Shown: positions 21,703-34,250 of the stretch, in pieces
Numbering within the stretch: the stretch's first letter is position 1
How the letters are laid out: every line of letters begins with the position of its first letter
Source of the DNA: Eledone cirrhosa
Lineage: Eukaryota
DNA: 64,000 nucleotides
NCBI GenBank assembly: GCA_964016885.1
Contig: OZ024741.1
Coordinates: forward strand, 130,138,001-130,202,000
Reading direction: 5' to 3'
The notes under the pieces: model-generated
Seen by the model: the letters and a program-made list of their open reading frames with translations, nothing else
What the model was told of the DNA's origin: nothing
Database searches by the model: none
Program-made: the position numbers and the translations under genes

Positions 21703-24700
21703 TCCTTGAATCTCAGTCATTGATGTTGGTTAACTGGAAAGTCCGTTGGATTGAATATCAAGCCACTACCTGCAGCCTCAGATATTCAGGACGTATCGGA
21801 GGGTTCTTGCTGTTCCAAGCAAGCATGCCTTTTGAAGCGTTCCAAAAAGCGTGAAGGGGCCGATTTTCTTTAACCATCCCTGGAAACCTTTGGAGATAGT
21901 CCCCAGTGCGCCTATGACAATCGGGATCACTTTGACTTCATGGCAGTTCCAAATCCTTTTCACCTCCCACTTTAGGTCCTGGTATCGGTTAATTTTCTCC
22001 CTCTCCTTCTCTTGCACTCTCGTGTCGAACGGGCAGGCCACATCCACAATCAGGCACGATCTTTTTTCTTTGTCCACAACCACCAGGTCAGGTCTATTGT
22101 GTTCCAGTTTTTTGTCCGTCTGTATCCTAAAATCCCACAGCACCTTCACCTGACTGTTCTCCATCACCGCCTCTGGCCTATGCTCATACCATTTCTCAGA
22201 ATGTGGTAGATTGTTTACTTTGCACAGGTGCCAGTGGATCACCCTGCCCATCACATCGTGTCTCCAGCCCTTATAGTGGGTCTGGGCTAGGTGTTTACAC
22301 TCGGACACAATGTGAGCCACAGTCTCCTCTCTCTCTCCACAGATCCTGCACAGTGGGCTAGCCTCCTCCTTGTAGATATGGTGCTTCAACCACTTTGTTT
22401 TGAGGGCCTGCTCCTGCGCAGCCATTAGCATTCCTTCTGTAGCCTTTTTGAGGTCTCCTCTTCTCAACCAGTTCCATGTCTGTGGATCTCTAAATTCAGT
22501 TTTCTCAAAGAAGGTACTATGAAGGGATTTTCCCTTAAGGCTGCTCTTCCTCCTTGATGTTATTTCCTCCTTGGACATCCCCTGGCCTACTGTCCCCTCC
22601 TTCAGTACAGTTCTGAGCATTGGCTCCTTACTATAGGTCACGTATTTGTATAGGTTGTTTTTCTCCATCTGAATACAGTCCTCTATGCTGATAAGACCTC
22701 TTCCACCCTCAGATCTCCTTAGGTAGAGTCTATCGACATCACTCCTCTTGTGGAACATGTTGTAGATAGTCAATAGCTTCCTAGTCTTCCTATCCATTTC
22801 TTTTTGTTCAGCAACATTCCATCTCAGAATTCCCGCACTGTACCTAATAATAGACACAGCTCGGGAATTTACTGCGCTTATGGCATTTCTGCTGTTCAGA
22901 TGTGACTTCAATACGCTCCTTACTCTCCGAATGTATTCAGTTCTTAACAATTCCTTCATTTTTTTGTTCTTTATGCCATCAGCCTCCAGAACGCCCAAAT
23001 ACTTGTATCCTTCCTCAGAGTCAATTTCCTTTATCATCTCACCTGTTGGTATCTGGATTCCGTTACTTCTGCTCAACCTACCCCTCTTCATCACAATGAC
23101 TCCACATTTACCAATACCAAACTGCATACATATATCACTGCTGAAAATACGGACAGTGTCAACAAGCACATCCAACTCCTTCTCACTTTTCCCGAAGAGC
23201 TTAAGATCGTCCATGAAGAGGAGGTGATTGATGGTAAGCTCTCCCCTTCCCAACTTGTATCCTGCTCTCACTTTTCGCAGCATAATGGTCAAGGGCATCA
23301 GGGCAAGGACAAACAACAGAGGGGACAGGCTATCTCCCTGGAAGATACCTCTCTTGATCTTCACGCTTCCCAAGGATACTCCAGTTGATGTCAACTCTGT
23401 CTCCCAGGACCCCATACTCCTGCCCAGCAACTGTCTGATGTTATCTGCCACCCTGAAGATCTCCAGGCTTTTGGTGATCCAGGAATGAGGCACCATGTCA
23501 AATGCCTTTCTGTAGTCTATCCATCCCATGGCAAGATCAGTGTGTCTCCTCCTGCAATTCCCCATTACCATCTTATCAATAAGCAACTGGTCCTTTGTAC
23601 CACGTGACTTCTTTCGGCATCCTTTCTGTTCGTCCGGTAACAAGTTGTTTGTGTGGAGGTGATGGTAGATTTCCTCAGACACAATGCTCGTCAACAGTTT
23701 CCACATTACGAGCAGACATGTGATAGGTCTATAGTTGGTAACATCATTACCCTTGATTCGGTCTTTCATTATCAGAACTGTGGTACCTTTTGTCAACCAC
23801 TCTGGCACCCCACCCGACACCAAGCAGTCATTGAACATGGCCGTCAGCTTCGGGTGGAGGGATGTTAAATGTTTAATCCAATACCCCTGCACACCATCTG
23901 GGCCTGGTGATTTCCAGTTGGATAGTTTTTTGGCTTGCCCCTTAAGAGTTTCAACTGTGATAATCAAATCAGTCTGTTGTTGTGCCTGCTCACCGATCTC
24001 CCTCTGTACTGTCTCAATCCACCCTGCCTGGGCATTGTGTCTAACATCCTGCTCCCATATTCCTCTCCAGAATGTTTTAGCTTGTTCCGCCCCAGGGATC
24101 AAGTCGTTGCCTCTTTCTTTCCCCTCAAGCTGTCCAAACAGCATCTTCTGGTTGTTGTCGAACATGCGGTTCTGTTTATACTGACTGACTCTGTTCTCGT
24201 ATCGCCTGATTTTTGCATTCTTTGCTACAATGCGTTGCTTCAATTCCTCTATGATAATATTTAGCTTTTTACTCCTAGTTTTGTATTTTATTTCCAGTCT
24301 ATTTTTAGTGCCTATGTTTTTTAGTGTCCCATTCAGTAGTGACTCAAGCTTTCCTATGTCATTTCTCATTTCCCCGATTTGCCCACTCAGTCGCTTCTTC
24401 CACCACGGCTCTGCTCTTTCTTGTCTGTTGTTTCCACTCGCTTTTATACCAAGTAGTTTCCTCACCGTATTTGCTGTTGCTTTGAGGATATTGTTGCACT
24501 GGTGAAGACTCCTCGCCTCAAGGTATGGGATGACTTTGTTTACCTTAGCTGTTGTTTCTTTTAACTTTTTCCTGTCTACAAATCTTAGGTTCATAGGTCT
24601 CCCACTATCATTGTTCAACTCATCTACCACTAAATTTAGGATGTCAACCGAATCTTGTCCTAGCCCGTCAGCATTCATCTCCTCAGTGGCCGTATCTCTG

Positions 24701-26245
24701 TTCCAGGTATTATTTATCTCAGTATTCAGATCATTGTCTGCTTCGGGTGGTTCCTCCGTTCTCAGGACCTCCTCACCTTCATTTCCCGCCGGCTCGCTTG
24801 TCTGGCATACTACACCCGCCATCTCCAAGCCATTCTCTCTGCTCAGTTCCTCCAGTTCCAGCTCGCTTATCCACCCATTAGTTCTTATTACCCGAGCCTG
24901 CCCGGCCAATTTTTGTTCATCTAATTTAAATAAACCAATCTCGTTCCAGATGTTATGCATCCGTCTCCTGTAGCCCCTCTCCTTGGGGTTACTTTTCAGG
25001 TAGCATTGCATAACAGTTCTATTCAATTCTTTCGTCCAGTTGGTTCTGGCCCCTTTCCTTCTTCTTCTTCCTCCAATATCAGCAGTATTTGGTTGACAGT
25101 CAGGTTCCTGCTGCTGAGCCAGGGAGCACCTGTTGGGTGAGAGTCTGTCACATGATGTTCTAGTCTCCATTTCACCGTTATTCGAACTGTTTATGTTCGA
25201 TATTTAAACACTCTTATCGAGGATTGGCGAATGTATGTTTACATAGCCATCTGTGGATCCGCCATCCCACTTGGCCCTTGTGTGGCATTATCACCACGCT
25301 GTATACGAACACACATAAACAAACAAACACACGGGCAGAAAGGGCCCCAAAAATGAATAAGCATAAGTTTCATTGTAATGTAGTATTCGAATGTCTGACT
25401 TAGTTTTTGTTTTTTAAGTTTTACTTTTCCCCCCTCTTCTCTGTCCGTCCGCCTGCTTCTCTCTTCATTCTTATTTTCTTTACGTTTTTGGGGTTTCTTT
25501 TTTTGTTTTTGTTTTTCTCTGTTTGTTTTTCTCGTTTTTTGCTGTTGTTGCTGTGCTGCTTTGGTTTTGTTGTTTGTTTTTTCTTTTTTCTTTTGAGTCT
25601 ATCTATATATTTTGATGCCTTCCTCTTTGTTAGTAGTAGGAATTCTATAATGTGGAAGTAGCAGCCAGCAGGGAGAAGTGGGAGACTGGCGGCGTTGGCG
25701 ATACTGAGACAGTGGTGGTGGTGATGTCGATACCGAGGCAGTGGGGGCGGTGATGCGACCGTATTGCTATAGTGATGGTGCTGTAGCGGTGGCAGCAGCA
25801 GTGAAGGAGTCAAGGGGTGGTGGCGGCGGTGATAGGATAGTGGTGGTAATGATGGCCGTAGTGAGCGGTGGCGGTGAAGGTGAAAATGCTGTTGTGTTTA
25901 GTGTACACAGATGATGGGGTGGGTGGTGTATCTAGTTTCTGGTGTTGGTGAGTTTAGCTGTCCTATATAGTGTAGCCAGAGGAGAGGAGGGGGGGTTTCT
26001 TCTTCTTCCATTTATAGCCATTTTTTTTTTTTTTGATATACAGTGTACAATACAAAGTTGAATATTTGAATATTTGAGCCTTATAACAATATATTTGGGG
26101 TCCGAATTTTTTGGGGCTCAAGCCGGGTGCTTTACGTAGCATTTGTACTAAGAGTTGTTATTTCACAAATGATTTAAATATGTTAAAAATTCAAAACTTA
26201 CGGGAGCGATTTCATGACCTCCGTCACCTCGTGCGTCTTCTTCCC
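21703..26245 (-). mobile_element. R4/Dong-type RLE LINE family A, full length
   Basis: ~1.07-kb 5' leader, single intact ORF, short 3' UTR, (TAA)n on both sides. Confidence 0.92.
21778..25170 (-). CDS. RT + CCHC + restriction-like endonuclease polyprotein (1130 aa, intact)
   Basis: KSPGPDG, YRPITCL, QKG, IDYRKAFD, GIFQGDSLSP, LFMDDLK, YKYLG; CRIC-x8-H-x4-C; RHD; RPD...D endonuclease. Confidence 0.95.
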   Translation of the reverse strand: METRTSCDRLSPNRCSLAQQQEPDCQPNTADIGGRRRRKGARTNWTKELNRTVMQCYLKSNPKERGYRRRMHNIWNEIGLFKLDEQKLAGQARVIRTNGWISELELEELSRENGLEMAGVVCQTSEPAGNEGEEVLRTEEPPEADNDLNTEINNTWNRDTATEEMNADGLGQDSVDILNLVVDELNNDSGRPMNLRFVDRKKLKETTAKVNKVIPYLEARSLHQCNNILKATANTVRKLLGIKASGNNRQERAEPWWKKRLSGQIGEMRNDIGKLESLLNGTLKNIGTKNRLEIKYKTRSKKLNIIIEELKQRIVAKNAKIRRYENRVSQYKQNRMFDNNQKMLFGQLEGKERGNDLIPGAEQAKTFWRGIWEQDVRHNAQAGWIETVQREIGEQAQQQTDLIITVETLKGQAKKLSNWKSPGPDGVQGYWIKHLTSLHPKLTAMFNDCLVSGGVPEWLTKGTTVLIMKDRIKGNDVTNYRPITCLLVMWKLLTSIVSEEIYHHLHTNNLLPDEQKGCRKKSRGTKDQLLIDKMVMGNCRRRHTDLAMGWIDYRKAFDMVPHSWITKSLEIFRVADNIRQLLGRSMGSWETELTSTGVSLGSVKIKRGIFQGDSLSPLLFVLALMPLTIMLRKVRAGYKLGRGELTINHLLFMDDLKLFGKSEKELDVLVDTVRIFSSDICMQFGIGKCGVIVMKRGRLSRSNGIQIPTGEMIKEIDSEEGYKYLGVLEADGIKNKKMKELLRTEYIRRVRSVLKSHLNSRNAISAVNSRAVSIIRYSAGILRWNVAEQKEMDRKTRKLLTIYNMFHKRSDVDRLYLRRSEGGRGLISIEDCIQMEKNNLYKYVTYSKEPMLRTVLKEGTVGQGMSKEEITSRRKSSLKGKSLHSTFFEKTEFRDPQTWNWLRRGDLKKATEGMLMAAQEQALKTKWLKHHIYKEEASPLCRICGEREETVAHIVSECKHLAQTHYKGWRHDVMGRVIHWHLCKVNNLPHSEKWYEHRPEAVMENSQVKVLWDFRIQTDKKLEHNRPDLVVVDKEKRSCLIVDVACPFDTRVQEKEREKINRYQDLKWEVKRIWNCHEVKVIPIVIGALGTISKGFQGWLKKIGPFTLFGTLQKACLLGTARTLRYVLNI

Positions 26246-26320
<75 letters not shown>

Positions 26321-26322
<2 letters not shown>

Positions 26323-27066
26323 CTTGAGTCTCAGTCATTGATGTTAGTTAACTGGAAAGTCCGTTGGAATGAATATCAAGCCACTACCTGCAGCCTCAGA
26401 TATTCAGGACGTATCGGAGGGTTCTTGCTGTTCCCAGCAAGCATGCCTTTTGAAGCGTTCCAAAAAGCGTGAAGGGGCCGATTTTCTTTAACCATCCCTG
26501 GAAACTTTTGGAGATAGTCCCCAGTGCGCCAATGACAACCGGGATCACTTTGACTTCATGGCAGTTCCAAATCCTTTTTACCTCCCACTTTAAGTCCTGG
26601 TATCGGTTAATTTTCTCCCTCTCCTTCTCTTGCACTCTCGTGTCGAATGGGCAGGCCACATCCACAATCAGACACGATCTTTTTTCTTTGTCCACAACCA
26701 CCAGGTCAGGTCTATTGTGTTCCAGTTTCTTGTCCGTCTGTATCCTAAAATCCACAGCACCTTCACCTGATCGTTCTCTATCACCGCCTCTGGCTTATGC
26801 TCATACCACTTCTCAGAATGTGGTAAATTGTTTACTTTGCACAGGTGCCAGTGGATCACCCTGCCCATCACATCATGTCTCCAGCCCTTATAGTGGGTCT
26901 GGGCTAGGTGTTTACACTCGGATACAATGTGAGCCACAGTCTCCTCTCTCTCTCCACAGATCCTGCACAGTGGGCTAGCCTCCTCCTTGTAAATATGGTG
27001 TTTCAACCACTTCGTTTTGAGGGCCTGCTCCTGCGCAGCCATTAACATTCCTTCTGTAGCCTTTTT
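26321..27066 (-). mobile_element. R4/Dong family A 5'-truncated fragment (frameshifted)
   Basis: ORFs 26668-27048 and 26396-26755 cover CCHC + RLE; (TAA)n flanks. Confidence 0.9.
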
Positions 27067-27082
27067 TATTATTATATTATTA

Positions 27083-27123
<41 letters not shown>

Positions 27124-27130
27124 GTTATTA

Positions 27131-30100
27131 CTCTTTGAGTCTCAGTCATTGATGTTAGTTAACTGGAAAGTTTGTTGAGATAAATATCAAGCCACTACCT
27201 GCAGCCTCAGATATTCAGGACGTATCGGAGGGTTCTTGCTGTTCCCAGCAAGCATGCCTTTTGAAGCGTTCCAAAAAGCGTGAAGGGGCCAATTTTCTTT
27301 AACCATCCCTGGAAACTTTTTGAGATAGTCCCTAGTACGCCTATGACAATCGGGATCACTTTGACTTCATGGCAGTTCCAAATCCTTTTTACCTCCCACT
27401 TTAAGTCCTGGTATCGGTTAATTTTCTCCCTCTCCTTCTCTTGCACTCTCGTGCCGAATGGGCAGGCCACATCCACAATCAGGCACGATCTTTTTTCCTT
27501 GTCCAAAACCACCAGGTCAGGTCTATTGTGTTCCAGTTTCTTGTCCGTCTGTATCCTAAAATCCCATAGCACCTTCACCTGATCGTTTTCTATCACCGAC
27601 TCTGGCTTATGCTCATACCACTTCTCAGAATGTGGTAAATTGTTTATTTTGCATAGGTGCCAGTGGATCACCCTGCCCATCACATCATATCTCCAGCCCT
27701 TATAGTGAGTCTCGGCTAGGTGTTTACACTCGGATACAATGTGAGCCACAGTTTCCTCTCTCTCTCCACAGATCCTGCACAGTGGGCTAGCCTTCTCCTT
27801 GTAAATATGGTGTTTCAGCCACTTCGTTTTGAGGGCCTGCTCTTGCGCAGCCATTAGCATTCCTTCTGTAGCCTTTTTAAGGTCTCCTCTTCTCAACCAG
27901 TTCCATGTCTGTGGATCTCTGAATTCCGTTTTCTGAAAAAAGGTACGATGAAGGGATTTTTCATGAAGGTTGCTCTTTCTCCTCGTTGTTATTTCCTCCT
28001 TGGACATCCCCTGGTCTATTGTCCCCTCCTTCAGTACAGTTCTGAGCATTGGCTCCTTACTATCAGTCACCTATTTGTGTAGGTTGTTTTTCTCCATCTG
28101 AACACAGTCCTCTATGCTGATAAGACCTCTTCCACCCTCAGATCTCCTTAAGTAGAGTCTATCGACATCACTCCTCTTGTGGAACATATTGTAGATAGTC
28201 AATAGCTTCCTAGTCTTACTATCCATTTCTTTTTGTTCAGCAACATTCCATCTCAGAATTCCCGCACTGTACCTAATAATAGACACAGCTCGGGAATTTA
28301 CTGCACTTATGGCATTCCTACTGTTCAGATGTGACTTTAATACGCTCCTTACTCTCCGAAGGTACTCAATTCTTATCAATTCCTTCATTTTTTTGTTCTT
28401 GATGTCATCAGCCTCCAGAACGCCCAAATACTTGTATCCTTCCTCAGAGTCAATTTCTTTTATCATCTCACCTGTTGGTATCTGGATTCCGTTACTTCTG
28501 CTCAACCTACCCCTGCTCATCACAATGACTCCACACTTACTAATACCAAATTGCATACATATATCACTGCTGAAAATACGGACAGTGTCAACAAGCACAT
28601 CCAACTCCTTCTCACTCTTCCCGAAGAGCTTAAGATCGTCCATGAAGAGGAGGTGATTGATGGTAAGCCCTCCCTTTCCCAACCTGTATCCTGCTCTCAC
28701 TTTTCGCAGTACACTGGTCAGGGGCATCAGGGCAAGGACAAACAACAGAGGGGACAGGCTATCTCCCTGGAAGATACCTCTCTTGATCTTCACGCTTCCC
28801 AAGGATTCTCCAGTTGATGTCAACTCTGTTTCCCAGGACCTCATACTTTTGCCCAACACCAGCAGTATTTGGTTGACAACCAGGTCTCTGCTGCTGAGCC
28901 AGGGAGCACCTGTTGGGTGAGAGTCTGTCACATGACGTTCTAGTTTCCATTTCACCGTTATTCGAACTGTTTAGGTTCGACGTTTAAACACTCTTATCGA
29001 GGATTGGCGAATGTATGGTTACATAACCACCGGTGGATTCACCGCCTCCGGTGGTTGCGTCACTCCACGTGGCTCTTGTGTGGCATTATCACGCTGTAGA
29101 CGAACACAAATAAACAAACAAAGAAACAGGCAGAAAAAACCCCAAAAATGAATAAGCTTAAGTTTCATTGTAATGTAGTGTTCGAATGTCTGACTTAGTT
29201 TTTCCCTTCCTTTCTCTGTCCGTCCGTTTGTTTCTCTCTTCATTCTTATTTTCTTTACGTTTTTTTTTTTTGTTGTTGTTGCTGTGCTGCTTTGATTTTG
29301 ATTTTTGTTTTTTCTTTTGAGTCTATCTATATATTTTGATGCCTTCCTCTTTTTTAGTAGGAATTCTACAATGTGGTGGCGGTGCTGTGCTAGCAGCAAC
29401 TAGCAGGAGGTAGTGGGAGAGAATAGCGGCGGTAGCGATACTGAGGCAGTGGTGGTGGTGATGTGGTCGTATTACTGTAGTGATGGTGTCCTCTTTTAGT
29501 AGGAATTCTACAATGTGGTGGTGGTGCTGTGCTAGCAGCAACTAACAGGAGGTAGTGGGAGAGAATAGCGGCGGTAGCGATACTAAGGCAGTGGTGGTGG
29601 CGATGTGGTCGTATTACTGTAGTGATGGTGTTGTAGTTGGGGTATAAATTTGAGTCGATTTGACCAGAGTTTTCATCGTGGTAGTGGTGGTGGTATTGGT
29701 GGTGAAATAATAATCTGTAGTCGTTTAGTCATTTTGCCATTTTCGACTCCAACATTCCTGATCCAAAATTAAATATTAATCTTGTTTATCAATATTGTCT
29801 AGTGATATCGCCATCCTCCCCTTTCGTAAGTTAACAGAAGGTAGTGGGGAGATAGCGGTGGTAGCAATGAAGGAGTGGTGGCGGCGGTGATGGGATAGTG
29901 GTAGTAATGATGGATGGGCGGCGGCGGCGGCGGCGGCGGTGACTGTAGTGATGGCGTTGTCGTTACTGATGTCCGTTCGGTGAATCTATGGGGTTAGTCG
30001 CGTATATGTGTTGACATAAATTCCCTTAATGTTGGATTTAAACATTTTGTTAAAACTTGGGTCAATAATAATAGTAATTATTATTATCATTATTATGTTG

Positions 30101-30492
30101 AGATTGGTTGTGGTGGTGGTGAAATTGCCGTTATCTGGCTGTTGTGTTTAGTGTACACAGAGGGGTGATGGGGTAGGTGGTGTATCTTGTGTCTTGTGTT
30201 GGTGAAATTGCTGTTGTTTGGCTGTTCTATATAGTGTAGACAGAGGAGGGGGGTTCTTCTTCTTCCATTTATAGCCATTTTCTTTTTTGAATATACAATG
30301 TACAATACAAAGTTGAATATTTGAGCCTTATAACAATATATTGTGGGTCCGAATTTTTTTGGGGCTCAAGCCGGATGCTTTACGTAACATTTGTACTAAG
30401 AATTGTTATTTCACAAATGATTTAAATATGTTAAAAATTCAAAACTTACGGGAGCGATTTCACGACCTTCTATCCACCACGTGCGTCTTCCT
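27131..30492 (-). mobile_element. R4/Dong family A copy with ~1.65-kb internal deletion and expanded leader
   Basis: Both termini retained. Junction near 28858 joins sequence equivalent to ~25075 and ~23427. Stop at 28071-28073. Leader 28951-30492. Confidence 0.88.
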
Positions 30493-30510
30493 CATTATTA
30501 TCATTATTAG

Positions 30511-33500
30511 CAGGTCACTAAACATAGATGTAGTGGCCATCAGCGAGACCAGAATCTCCGAAGCACGGGCCTTCGCACCGATCTTCGGCGGCCACGATGT
30601 GTACGCATCTCCCAGCCGTCCTGGATCGGGTGGAGGAGTTGCTGTGCTTTTTCGGAGAGGTTTGGATCTCGCCATACGGGCCATCTTCCTGGACCCAGAG
30701 GGTAAGCTGGTGGTGCTGGACGTGACCAGCGGAGACGGGCAAGCTTTCAGGCTAGTGGCCGTCTATGCCTCGACAGGAGCAGGGCGGCCTGATTTCTTCC
30801 GGCGTCTGGAGACCTTTCTTGGAACGTCCCGCTCTTTAGTGTTAGTGGGCGACTGGAACGGGATCTTAGATGCACGCTGGGACTGTGTGGGATTAGCGGA
30901 TAGGGGTGGAGGGTGCAAGAGCCTCACCAACCTGCTCAGGCGTTTTGAACTGTCTGACAGGTACCGATTGGATTTCCCGAATGTGCCAATGTGGACTTGG
31001 ACAAACCGCATAGGGTCATCCAGATCATATCTAGATAGAGTATTTTGTAGGGAAATAGATAGGTCTAGCATAGGCTGTCCACAATTCAAGATAGTCAGCT
31101 ACACGGACCACAAATTCGTGATCTGTGTGCTTGACTTAGATAGGCTTCATAGACGAGGACCCGGCTACTGGAAGCTAAACGCGTCCTTACCAGCGCGCAA
31201 AGGCCTACAGAGACCAGATTAGCGAACTAGTTAAGCGGGCGTTGACGGGGGCCATCGTCAACAGCAAGTGGTGGTTTGCTCTGAAAAGAGCGATTAGAAT
31301 AGAATCGATTAGGTTTAGTAAGGCTTTAGCAATAGAGAAAAATAGAGCAGAGGGAGAACTAGTTAGAAAATTAGACGAGGCGCTTAGCAAAGGCATTGCG
31401 ACCGACGTGCTTGCGGCGAAATTGGCCCTTGACCAATTCTTCAATGCAAAGCACGAAGGCTGCGTTGTCAGAGCAAGGGTGCGTGCTCTCAGACACGAGG
31501 GGACGAAAGCCGTTCAATGGGCCCGAGTGGCGGAGGCGCGTCGTGGCAACAAAGCCACGATCCGGTCTTTGGTGGACCACGACGGGCGCATGCTACTCGA
31601 TCCCGGGCAAATGTGTGAAGCTTTTCAGCGACACTTCGCTCAGCTGTTCGGGGGCAGCGGTGGGCCGGGTAGAGGGATGGACTTTAGTGTCTACCTCGAC
31701 GGACTGCCGCGGCTCTGGGCCACTGAGGCGAGGTGTTGCGAATAGCCGATAACAGCCGCTGAAGTAAGGGAGGCAATGACTGGCTGCACAAGGGGTAAAT
31801 CGCCTGGTTTGGATGGTCTGCCCTATGAACTTTACGTACAGATGCCAGACTTGTTCGGAGGCCTCTTGGCGGACGTCTACTGCAACTGGCAACAGAACGG
31901 GAGAATTCCCAGTTCTGTGAGCCGAGGAGCGGTGGCACTGCTGAGAAAGGATCCGAACAAGGCGGATAACATAGACAATGTCCGGCCCATAACTCTGCTA
32001 AACACAGAGTTCAAGATTTTGGCCAAGGTGCTAGCAAAGAGGTTGGCGCTTGTCGTTGGTGGTCTGGTGGGAGAGGCGCAGACATGCGCCATTCCCGACA
32101 GATCCATCCACGACAACCTCCACCTCATGCGATACACCATAGAGAGGGTAGCTAAGGAACCTGGCACGGGTGGGTCCTTGATCAATTTAGATCAGTTGAA
32201 AGCTTTCGATAGGGTAGACCATCGTTACCTAGCGGCAGTCCTGAGGGCGGCTGGCTTTGGGCCCGTCTTCAGAGGCTGGATCGCTGCCATGCACAGCGAC
32301 ATCTGCTCTGTGGTGAGAGTGAACGGTCACCTGTCGGAACCGTTCAACATCATGCGCTCGGTCCGCCAAGGATGTCCCCTCTCGTCCCTCTTGTACGTAT
32401 TGACACTGGAGCCATTACTGCACAAACTGGAGACATTGAGGGGAGTCCCGCGCGAACTAGGATGCGGAAGATCCGTGTCAGCATATGCGGACGATGTCAC
32501 CGTAGTGGTGTCGAACGCCAAACACATCGAGGCGATCGGCACTACACTAAGAGAATACGAAGCGGTGACAGGAGCAATGATCAACCAGGAAAAGTCAGTG
32601 GGCCTGCAGCTCGGCACCTGGAGAGGCAGGTCCATGACGTCCAACAGCGTCGTCGGACGCTGGACGGACGGACCGGTTAAATTGCTAGGGGTCTGGTTCG
32701 GTTCGGACCTCCAGACGGACAAAAACTGGGACGAGGTGACGAGCAGGGTGGCTTCTCTCACCCAGAAATGGGCCGAGTGGAAGCTATCCCTGAAAGGTCG
32801 AGCGGAGGTGGCTAACGCGTACATCGCGTCTGTCATCTGCTACCGCCTGACCGTCGTACCTTGTCCTAAGCCTCGCCTGACTGCGCTGGAACGTTTGCTC
32901 TTTCGCTTTTTGTGGAAGGGACGTGCTCCGATGGTCAGGCGGTCCATCTGTTGCCAACACCCGCTACGTGGAGGGCTGGGCATGCCGTGGCTGATGATGC
33001 GCAGGCACGCGCTCAGGCTACAACATCTCTACCTCTTCCTCGACGGTGATCAGGTGTGGTCGCCGTTTGCTAGGCGCGTATTTCCCCAGCTCGTTTCCTT
33101 GACGGAGCTGCAGTCCTGGGTCAAGCGAAGACCGAGAGGGAGCGCCTGGAGACTGGAATGTCTTCAGGCGCTCACAGCCCTCGACCAATCGGGCAATGTG
33201 ATCGGTGGAAACTCCACCTCGGCGTTCTATAGAGGATTAGTGGAGGGTAAGAGCGACGACGTACTAGGGGAAACTCTAGGCGTCGACGAAAATCAACTAG
33301 CCAATCTCTTCGGAAGAACTTTCGGGCCGGGGCCTATGGATAACTTCCAGAAATCTCTGGCCTGGCAGTGCTACCGAGGAGCCTTGCCAGTTCTGGATAA
33401 CTCTACAGGCATGGAGGTGCCGTCAGCCGGGCATGTCCGAGATGCGCGCAGGGCGACGAAACCGTCCTGCACGCACTCGTCCAGTGTCCGAAAATTGCTG

Positions 33501-34109
33501 ACTTGTGGGTTTATGTCGAACACCTGCTGTCGCGTTTAGGACGGATCCAGCTATCATCTGAGTCCATCGTGAGGATTGCCCCGCCCTCCTCCTTTAGCCG
33601 GGAAGGGCAGGCAGTTTTTATCTGTCTGGTGGCCATGGCGAAAGAGATAGTATGGTGGACACGTTTGAAAGGGCTGAAGACGAGCACTTACCTCTTCGGT
33701 GATGCTCTGATTGACTTTTTCAAATTTCATTTGAAAAGGAAAATCAGAGTAGAGAGGGAAGTGCTCTCTTCCCAGCATTTTGTTGAAAGATGGGTGAGAG
33801 AAGCAAGAATGGCCCGAGTGAATGGGCCTTCTCTGAGTATATATCTGTAAATTAAAGGTGGAAAACTGGGAGAGGGCACTTGCCTTGGTGGTCAGGGTCA
33901 TTGTGGCTTTTTACTGGGCTTTCTCCACAAATGTCCCTCCGAAGTCTCCCCCCTATTGGGGAATTTTTCATTGTTATTTTCATTGTTATTTTTGTTACAT
34001 CCTCTGTTTTTGTTTTTTACACGCAGAAATGCCCATTTGTACCGTCCTGCATTGTCCTGCACTGTCCTTAATGTCTACTTTATGTAAACCCTTGTGGTTA
34101 ATAAAGAAA

Positions 34110-34111
<2 letters not shown>
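30511..34111 (+). mobile_element. Tx1/L1-clade LINE copy 2, 5'-truncated in APE, disrupted ORF2
   Basis: Near-identical to 16799-20381; frameshifts near 31200 and 33399, stop at 31743-31745; ATT-rich flanks. Confidence 0.92.
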
Positions 34112-34146
<35 letters not shown>

Positions 34147-34250
34147 CATTATTCTTATTAATATTATTTGAAAATGGTATTGAAGACGTCTAACCAGTTA
34201 ATGTTGATAAAGCAGAGAAATTATTATCATTATTATTATTATTATTATTA

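Noticed and set aside
20381-21703. CRISPR-like alternation of (ATT)n repeats and spacers
   Set aside because: Spacers are retroelement pieces, repeat lengths vary, context is eukaryotic, no cas genes
25165-25270. Possible HDV-like ribozyme before the Dong ORF (TCGAAC/GTTCGA hairpin, TTCGCC/GGTGAA pairing; GGGATGGCGG also in family B near 37860)
   Set aside because: No P1.1 pairing or catalytic C at the expected place, and P1 is broken in the second copy; a covariance-model search would be needed
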